A stretch of DNA of 32,000 bases from Nostoc sp. PCC 7120 = FACHB-418 (lineage in GTDB: Bacteria; Cyanobacteriota; Cyanobacteriia; Cyanobacteriales; Nostocaceae): assembly GCF_000009705.1 (NCBI RefSeq), contig NC_003272.1, forward strand, positions 5,370,001 to 5,402,000. Reading direction: 5' to 3'. The stretch's first letter is position 1. Every line of letters starts with the position of its first letter. A program made the translations under genes and the position numbers. Positions 26,673 to 32,000 of this stretch are shown piece after piece. The notes below the pieces were generated by a model that saw only the letters and a program-made list of their open reading frames with translations, made no database searches and was not told where the DNA came from.

Positions 26673-26702
26673 ATAGAGACGTTATAATATTTACGTCTCT
26701 AT
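26673..26702. other. Stem-loop related in sequence to the 26408 hairpin (shared ACGTCT core)
   Basis: The stem atagagacgt / acgtctctat has 10 bp and a 10-nt AT loop. On the minus strand it is followed by an attttatttt run. It could terminate hisA read-through. Confidence 0.4.
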
Positions 26703-27007
26703 GTCCAAGGAAACCCATTATTTGTAGTTGTTTTAAGAACTGAAAGATTTGTCAGAATAAATTATTCAGTATTTTAAGCTACTTCCTATAGATAGTTGCT
26801 CGGCAGGTTAATTTGATTACAACCAAATGTTTTAAACGAGTCAAAGGGAAACGCTAACTGCCGATGAACTTATATACCTAACTACAATCTGGTATTGAGG
26901 ATTCCGGAAATTAAAAAATACTATGGCAGTTTACAGGTGATCTTTGTGTTCACATAGTATCTTGTAAAGACCCTACGCAAACACCATTAGCCTCAAGTTG
27001 AATTATC

Positions 27008-27781
27008 TTAAGCAAAGGAAGAGAAGTCTAAATTCGGTGGTATGTCTTGAATACGTCCTGGGCCGATCGCCTGCAATGCCTCTTTTAAGCTAATATCACC
27101 CGTATACAATGCACGTCCCACAATCACACCTGTCACGCCTTGGGGTTCCAACGCCAACAAACTCAACAAATCGGTGACAGAACTCACCCCACCAGATGCA
27201 ATCACAGGGATGGAAATGGCTGCTGCTAGTTCTCGTAGTGCGTCTAAATTCGGGCCTGCAAGAGTCCCGTCACGGTGGATATCTGTATAAATGATGGCTG
27301 CTGCACCCATTTCCTGCATCTGTATAGCCAATTGAGTGGCTAAAACCTCAGATGTTTCCAACCAACCACGAGTAGCTACTAGTCCGTTACGGGCATCAAT
27401 ACCGATAATAATTTGTCCGGGGTATTGTTGACAGAGTTCTTGTACAAGCTGGGGTTGTTCTACGGCGACAGTACCGAGAATTGCCCACTGTACACCTAAA
27501 TTAAACACCTGTTCCACACTAGAACGATCGCGCAATCCGCCACCAATTTCAATCGGTATAGAAATAGCTTGAGCGATCGCTTCAATTGCTCCTAGATTTA
27601 CTACTTTACCTGCTTTTGCACCATCTAAATCTACTATGTGCAGACGTGTTGCACCCTCATCTACCCACTGTTTAGCAACATCAACAGGATTTTCGCTAAA
27701 CACTTGTGAGCGATCGTAGTCTCCCTGATAGAGTCGCACACAACGACCTGCTAGTAAATCAATTGCTGGAATTACATCCAT
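27008..27781 (-). CDS. hisA: 1-(5-phosphoribosyl)-5-[(5-phosphoribosylamino)methylideneamino]imidazole-4-carboxamide isomerase
   Basis: [35 protein letters not shown] and ASGGVSS are classic HisA (beta/alpha)8 motifs. I prefer the ATG at 27781; the track start at 27829 is a TTG. Confidence 0.9.
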
Positions 27782-27837
27782 CTCAATTCCCCTGTATTTA
27801 ATGCCATGAAGAGTGCCAATTTTGTGCAAATCCCGAT

Positions 27838-28128
27838 TTAGTTTTTCGCTTTTAGTTGTCTGATAGCTTGTGCGAAACCCACTACAATCAAGATGTTAGA
27901 AAGAGTCAAAAATACTTCTGCGCCACCGTGTAACCAGTCTACATTAGCTAAGGCTTCACCATAATGAACTTTGGCATAAATGCCGGCGGGAATAGTAACA
28001 CCTACAAAAACAAGAGTACCGTAAAATCCATATAGGGATAAACGAGGCATCAGCTGACTGCGGTGGATAAACCACAAGAAACCCAAATAGGGAAATAGGG
28101 AAAGGGCAAATAGGGTTTCTTTAGACAT
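27838..28128 (-). CDS. Small integral membrane protein (3 predicted TM segments; I believe DUF3593-like)
   Basis: About 96 aa and hydrophobic ([55 protein letters not shown]). The ATG is at 28128; the track GTG is at 28134. Confidence 0.6.
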
Positions 28129-28141
28129 AATCACTGTTAAT

Positions 28142-28162
28142 TTGGTAATTGGTAATTGGTAA
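28142..28162. repeat. STRR-like heptamer array (TTGGTAA x3)
   Basis: Direct reading: ttggtaa ttggtaa ttggtaa. It lies between the two small membrane-protein genes. Confidence 0.55.
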
Positions 28163-28204
28163 TAGGGGGAAGATTTTCACTCGTTTACCTTCTCTCCCTT
28201 ATCT

Positions 28205-28513
28205 CTAATCCCTAACTTCTATTTTCGCAGAACGCCAAATCAACCATGCTGCTGCCAACAGGGTAAAATTCCCTACTAAAGTCATGGTTGCTTGCAACGT
28301 CACTATCCATTCTAGAGATTCGGAGTTATCGAAATAATGCCATGTACAAGCACACATAGCACTAATCAAGGCTGGTAACATTGCTAGGGACAATCCCCAC
28401 CAGCTGCGGTTAGCAGTGAGTTCGCCATAAGTCCAGATTAACCAAATAGCGGCAATCCACTCGATAACGCTAGAAACATGAATAATCCAGGTGGGAATTG
28501 AGAGAACGTTCAT
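28205..28513 (-). CDS. Small integral membrane protein (3 predicted TM segments; I believe DUF2499/Ycf49-like)
   Basis: 102 aa with an ATG start. Trp-rich TM helices are IPTWIIHVSSVIEWIAAIWLIWTY, WWGLSLAMLPALISAMCACTW and TLVGNFTLLAAAWLIW. Confidence 0.6.
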   Translation of the reverse strand: MNVLSIPTWIIHVSSVIEWIAAIWLIWTYGELTANRSWWGLSLAMLPALISAMCACTWHYFDNSESLEWIVTLQATMTLVGNFTLLAAAWLIWRSAKIEVRD

Positions 28514-28517
28514 AAGA

Positions 28518-28552
28518 TAGTCAGTAGTCGTTAGTCAACTGTCAACTGTCAA
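28518..28552. repeat. STRR-like heptamer array (TAGTCAG, TAGTCGT, TAGTCAA, CTGTCAA x2)
   Basis: Direct reading. It lies immediately upstream of the 28513 start codon and belongs to the same unit family as the pcrA 5' array. Confidence 0.6.
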
Positions 28553-28668
28553 CACTCCCTTCATCTTCCCATAGGTAAATTCATATTTTTTGCGATATGA
28601 CTGACATCTCGCCAACAGTTGAGAAAATATTGATAATCTAAAATCCAACATCCAAAATTTTAAATGGA

Positions 28669-29718
28669 ATGCGGGCATTATTATCTGGGTATTACGGTAA
28701 AGGAAATGGTGGTGACGAAGCTTTATTGGCAACACTGCTGCAAATGTTACCATCTCATGTTACACCTGTGGTGCTGTCTGGTAATCCAGAGGAAACCAGC
28801 GATCGCTATGGTGTAGAATCTCACAATCGGATGTCTCTGACATCTGTGTTGCCAGCTTTACGTTCTTGTGATGCTTTTATTTGGGGTGGCGGGAGTCTAA
28901 TTCAGGATGTCACCAGCAGTATTAGTCCTTTTTACTATGGGGGACTGATGGCGTTAGCCCAAAAAATAGGTTTAAAGACTGTGGCTTGGGCGCAAGGGAT
29001 TGGCCCCCTAGTGCGTCCCCAGACTCGCTGGTTAGCACAACAGAATTTTACTGGTTGTACAAAAGTTAGTGTACGCGATCGCGTGAGTGCTGCATTATTA
29101 GCTGATTGGCAGATTCCCCATATCCTTGCACCAGACCCAGTTTGGGCGCTACAGGCAAAACCATTTCCAGAACTTGCCGATTTACCCACCCCTAGAATTG
29201 CTGTCACCTTAAGAAACCATCCGCAGTTAACAGCAGCAAGGTTAGCTAACTTAACTCAAGCCTTGGTGAATCTGCAAAAATCTACCCAAGCCTTTATTTT
29301 ATTACTACCATTTCAAAAAAGCGAAGATTTAGCGATCGCCCAAGCAATACAACCACAATTAAAAGATGTTAGCGAAATTTTCTGTATAGAAGACCCGCAG
29401 ATTTTAAAAGGCGTATTTCGTGGCGTTGAAATGGCGATCGGCATGAGGCTACACAGTTTAATTATGGCAGCAAGTGAAGGTTGTCGCTGTTTTGCCTTGA
29501 GTTATGACCCCAAAATAAATCGTTTGATGGAAGATTTGGCAATACCCGGATGGGATTTAGTAAATTTACCAGATAACGCAAATGTCATTAGTAAAACATG
29601 GATAGAGTTTTACACTAACGTTCAACCTTTAGCATCTGAGAAAATCACAACCTTAGTAGAAGGCGCTTTTATGCACAGAGAATTATTGAGTAAAGCACTA
29701 GGGTGTGTCATCAATTAG
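28669..29718 (+). CDS. csaB: Polysaccharide pyruvyl transferase CsaB
   Basis: The N-terminus MRALLSGYYGKGNGGDEALLATLL is characteristic of CsaB-type PS_pyruv_trans proteins. GGGSLIQDVTS and GMRLHSLI are also present. 349 aa. Confidence 0.8.
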   Translation: MRALLSGYYGKGNGGDEALLATLLQMLPSHVTPVVLSGNPEETSDRYGVESHNRMSLTSVLPALRSCDAFIWGGGSLIQDVTSSISPFYYGGLMALAQKIGLKTVAWAQGIGPLVRPQTRWLAQQNFTGCTKVSVRDRVSAALLADWQIPHILAPDPVWALQAKPFPELADLPTPRIAVTLRNHPQLTAARLANLTQALVNLQKSTQAFILLLPFQKSEDLAIAQAIQPQLKDVSEIFCIEDPQILKGVFRGVEMAIGMRLHSLIMAASEGCRCFALSYDPKINRLMEDLAIPGWDLVNLPDNANVISKTWIEFYTNVQPLASEKITTLVEGAFMHRELLSKALGCVIN

Positions 29719-29842
29719 GTAAGCTGAGATTAAAACTGCGAAATCTAGGATAAACAACGGGAAAAAGATGACGGGTAGATACTCACTCAGAGATAAGCTG
29801 TGGGAGAGATTGAACCTCGCGCGACTTCGAGTTGTGTGAGGT

Positions 29843-30832
29843 TCAAATCAGATTCTCTTGCCAGCAACGTACACCAAAGGAACGACGGATATCACGCCAA
29901 ATCTGTGTAGCAGCTAAAGCACCATCGCCAGCAGCAATCACGACTTGATTTAAACCAACCTTCAGATCGCCAATGGCAAAAATACGTGGGTGGGAGGTGC
30001 GACACATCTTATCTGTGACGAGATTACCCCCTTTTAACTCTAGGTCGATTCTTTGCAAATAGGTATTGTGATAGCGAGAACCCATTGAGATTAAACCAGT
30101 TTCTAACTCAACTACCGTACCATCTACCAATTCCACACCTGACATATGATGACTTTGACCTAAAAACTGCTTAATTGGTGTTTCCACTAAGCGATAACCA
30201 TACTGCTGTAATTTAGAACGTAATTCTGTACTTACAGTAAATAATCCATGAGTAAAGATAGTAATGTAAGGTGTAAACCAACTAAGATTAAACACCATTT
30301 CCTCAATACTGGCTTCACTCCCCGCAAAAAAGCCGCACTGTTTATCTACCATTTCATAACCATCACAAACCATACAAACGTGCAAATTATAGCCAGCGTA
30401 TTCAAAAACATTCTGCATATTTTCTAAGGATGGTAGATGGTCAATAATGCCACTAGCTGCAATCAAATACTTAGAATGCAACACAAAGTAAGTACTATTT
30501 TGACGACCAACTTTCACTCGTACAGCAAAAGTATCACCTTCGTCCACAACCTCTTCAACGTAGGCGGTTAAAGAATCTCCAGCCAATGATTCATAATGTT
30601 TTTTCCCTTGTTGTAACAACACACGACCGGGAGTGTCTGGAGGCAACCCTAAATAGTTATGTAATTCCTGCATCCAAAAAGAACGCGCCTTACCTTTATC
30701 AATAATTAGGCTAGAAAGACGGTATCTTTGTAAGTAGATTCCAGCAGATAAACCACCAGCACCACCACCAACAATAATTGCATCATAAACATGGTCAAGA
30801 CGTTCCGAAATATTAGTCTTTGATATTTGCAT
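29843..30832 (-). CDS. Thioredoxin-reductase-like FAD-dependent disulfide oxidoreductase lacking canonical NADPH-binding motifs
   Basis: The FAD motif is AIIVGGGAGGLSAG. The redox CxxC is HVCMVCDGYE, aligning with the CATCDG of TrxR. The C-terminal motif is IFAIGD. The second dinucleotide motif is degenerate (FFAGSEAS where GGGNTA is expected), and THG replaces HRR. Confidence 0.8.
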   Translation of the reverse strand: MQISKTNISERLDHVYDAIIVGGGAGGLSAGIYLQRYRLSSLIIDKGKARSFWMQELHNYLGLPPDTPGRVLLQQGKKHYESLAGDSLTAYVEEVVDEGDTFAVRVKVGRQNSTYFVLHSKYLIAASGIIDHLPSLENMQNVFEYAGYNLHVCMVCDGYEMVDKQCGFFAGSEASIEEMVFNLSWFTPYITIFTHGLFTVSTELRSKLQQYGYRLVETPIKQFLGQSHHMSGVELVDGTVVELETGLISMGSRYHNTYLQRIDLELKGGNLVTDKMCRTSHPRIFAIGDLKVGLNQVVIAAGDGALAATQIWRDIRRSFGVRCWQENLI

Positions 30833-30918
30833 ATTCTGGCTTTTTTGTATTTATGTGGGTAATTAATGCGGTAAGCCATGTTTTCAAAAATTATCTTTTA
30901 GTAGCTTGCTCTTAAAAA

Positions 30919-31455
30919 TTAAACCCACCAAGGTTTTTCACCAGTACGGGGATCTGTTTCTTGCCAGGGCGAAATCCAAATGTAATCATCTTTAACCTGG
31001 ACTTGAACTAACTTCAGAGGACGGTTAGCAGGCCCACGTTCTACAGAACCTTGGGCGTCATAGCGTGAACCGTGACAAGGACATTGAAACTGTTGATCAA
31101 CAGGATTCCAAGGGAAGGTACAACCCAAATGAGTACAGTTATTAACAATACCCATCGGATCAAGAGTGCCATCTTCCCTAACAGTTAAATAGGTAGGCTC
31201 ACCAGCTAGTCCAGCAATTAAAGCCCGTGTTCCTGATGCTTGGGCTAAAATTTGGCTGGCTGGGATGGGATGACCGATTTTGTCTTGAGCGAGGATACCA
31301 CCTTCTGCGTCCGTACTTTCGGCTGGAGGCATAAAAAACTTAGTCGCTGGATATATGGCCGCACTAGCCGTAGTTGCCACAATAGCTCCAGTGAAGAAAT
31401 TCAGGAGTTGACGCCTGGACATGGAAGGATTGGCCTGATTCAACGTATCGTCCAT
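30919..31455 (-). CDS. petC: Rieske [2Fe-2S] protein of the cytochrome b6f PetC family, stand-alone copy (no adjacent petA)
   Basis: The Rieske boxes are CTHLGCTFPW and CPCHGSRYD. The N-terminal Tat-like SRRQLLNF is followed by a TM helix. I prefer the ATG at 31455 (178 aa); the track start at 31467 is a GTG. Confidence 0.85.
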   Translation of the reverse strand: MDDTLNQANPSMSRRQLLNFFTGAIVATTASAAIYPATKFFMPPAESTDAEGGILAQDKIGHPIPASQILAQASGTRALIAGLAGEPTYLTVREDGTLDPMGIVNNCTHLGCTFPWNPVDQQFQCPCHGSRYDAQGSVERGPANRPLKLVQVQVKDDYIWISPWQETDPRTGEKPWWV

Positions 31456-31742
31456 AAACTTTCTCACCTTTTCATTAAATTATATTTACACTATACTACT
31501 ATATAGTTATATGATGGGAAAATCCGAAAGAATTTTATTTTCCTTACTTCGTTTTTTACAGTCTGTAGCTTCATTAACAGCTATACAAGAGTTCTGATAG
31601 CGGACAAATAATAATGAGCAGAATCAATCTATGCTAGGGAATTTGAAAATCGAGTATAAAAAACACACACGACATCACAAACCCCAGTCTCTCAACCTTC
31701 ATTTTTGCTAATCAACAATCAAATATTCGGAGATTTCCTGCA

Positions 31743-32000
31743 ATGGCTCACATTGTTATCGTCGGTGCAGGGTTGGGTGGTTTACCCACCGCTTATGAAT
31801 TACGGCATATCCTCCCCAAACAGCATCAAGTTACCGTCATTTCAGAAACCCCTTACTTTACATTTATTCCTTCATTGCCTTGGGTAGCAATGGGTTTAAC
31901 TTCCCTAGAGTCAATTCAGGTTAGTCTGCAACAACGGCTAAAGCAAAAGGGCATTAATTGGATACTAGGGCGAGTAGATTACTTGAATCCTCAAAACCAA
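31743..32000 (+). CDS. sqr: 5' part of an FAD-dependent sulfide:quinone oxidoreductase-like protein (3' end lies outside the window)
   Basis: The frame is open from the ATG at 31743 to the window end (86 codons, no stop). It reads MAHIVIVGAGLGGLPTAYELRH...SETPYFTFIPSLPWVAMG. This matches the GxGxxG motif plus the PYFxFxPxxPxxAMG pattern of type I SQR N-termini. It is absent from the ORF track, which lists an overlapping 60-aa ORF in another frame. Confidence 0.6.
   Translation, partial: MAHIVIVGAGLGGLPTAYELRHILPKQHQVTVISETPYFTFIPSLPWVAMGLTSLESIQVSLQQRLKQKGINWILGRVDYLNPQNQ

Noticed and set aside
29809-29848. A tRNA-like T-loop sequence (GGTTCAAATC) and a 9-bp inverted repeat (ttgaacctc ... 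gaggttcaa) between csaB and the TrxR-like gene.
   Set aside because: No cloverleaf can be built: the bases flanking TTCAAAT do not form a T stem, and there is no acceptor or anticodon arm. The right arm overlaps the TrxR-like stop codon. There is no U tract on either strand, so it is not a convincing terminator either.
465-31887. Short ORFs from the six-frame track that lie antisense to, or out of frame within, much longer well-supported genes. They are 465-707, 1090-1356, 3212-3535, 4887-5129, 5292-5498, 6739-6924, 7042-7344, 7385-7591, 12633-12842, 13693-13878, 13697-13912, 15141-15476, 15379-15561, 15696-15884, 18107-18325, 18123-18320, 22530-22754, 23097-23333, 28535-28753, 28935-29207, 31252-31506 and 31705-31887.
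   Set aside because: Each is fully or largely embedded in a longer ORF that has clear family motifs. Their translations are low-complexity or compositionally odd with no recognisable motifs. ORF 31705-31887 is displaced by the SQR-like frame starting at 31743. ORF 28535-28753 spans a heptamer array and the csaB promoter and start.
1-32000. Looked for mobile-element genes, prophage, toxin-antitoxin, restriction-modification or other defence modules, and for rRNA or tRNA genes.
   Set aside because: No transposase, integrase, nuclease, methylase or phage-like ORF was found, and no tRNA or rRNA signature was seen. The PcrA-type helicase has the full housekeeping SF1 motif set and no associated nuclease partner, so I do not regard it as a defence gene.

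Overview
This window looks like chromosomal DNA from a filamentous, Nostoc/Anabaena-type cyanobacterium. HIP1 octamers (GCGATCGC) are frequent, and STRR-like heptamer arrays fill several intergenic gaps. About 28 genes are supported. Positions 1-11.8 kb hold an ABC-transporter-dependent (Wzm/Wzt) glycan locus that probably makes a rhamnose-containing polysaccharide. It encodes two large multidomain enzymes (methyltransferase / coiled coil / GT2 / GT2-like, and GT / methyltransferase), rfbC, rfbD, a long-form rfbA-like gene and three further glycosyltransferases. Positions 11.8-23.8 kb hold pcrA, an orphan sensor kinase, two small conserved ORFs, an SLH-OprB porin, a Crp-family regulator and sphR-sphS-phoU. 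Positions 24.2-32 kb hold two tandem paralogous coiled-coil-rich proteins, hisA, two small membrane proteins, csaB, a thioredoxin-reductase-like flavoprotein without NADPH-binding motifs, a stand-alone PetC-type Rieske protein and the 5' end of a divergent sqr-like gene. I found no rRNA, tRNA, CRISPR array, transposase or recognisable defence or toxin module. From memory only (not a search result), the gene order resembles the alr4485-all4511 neighbourhood of Anabaena/Nostoc sp. PCC 7120, so most genes are probably already annotated. The most interesting candidate is the 996-aa protein. It joins a methyltransferase to GT2 domains through a coiled coil encoded by near-perfect 42-bp tandem repeats, each carrying a HIP1 site. 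That is the architecture expected for a single-polypeptide terminator / molecular ruler / polymerase of an ABC-exported glycan. An A8 tract at its 3' end could fuse it to the next GT-methyltransferase gene. Other points worth a second look are a two-copy MITE-like element, inverted heptamer arrays bracketing pcrA, the coiled-coil pair, and a TrxR-like / Rieske / SQR cluster.
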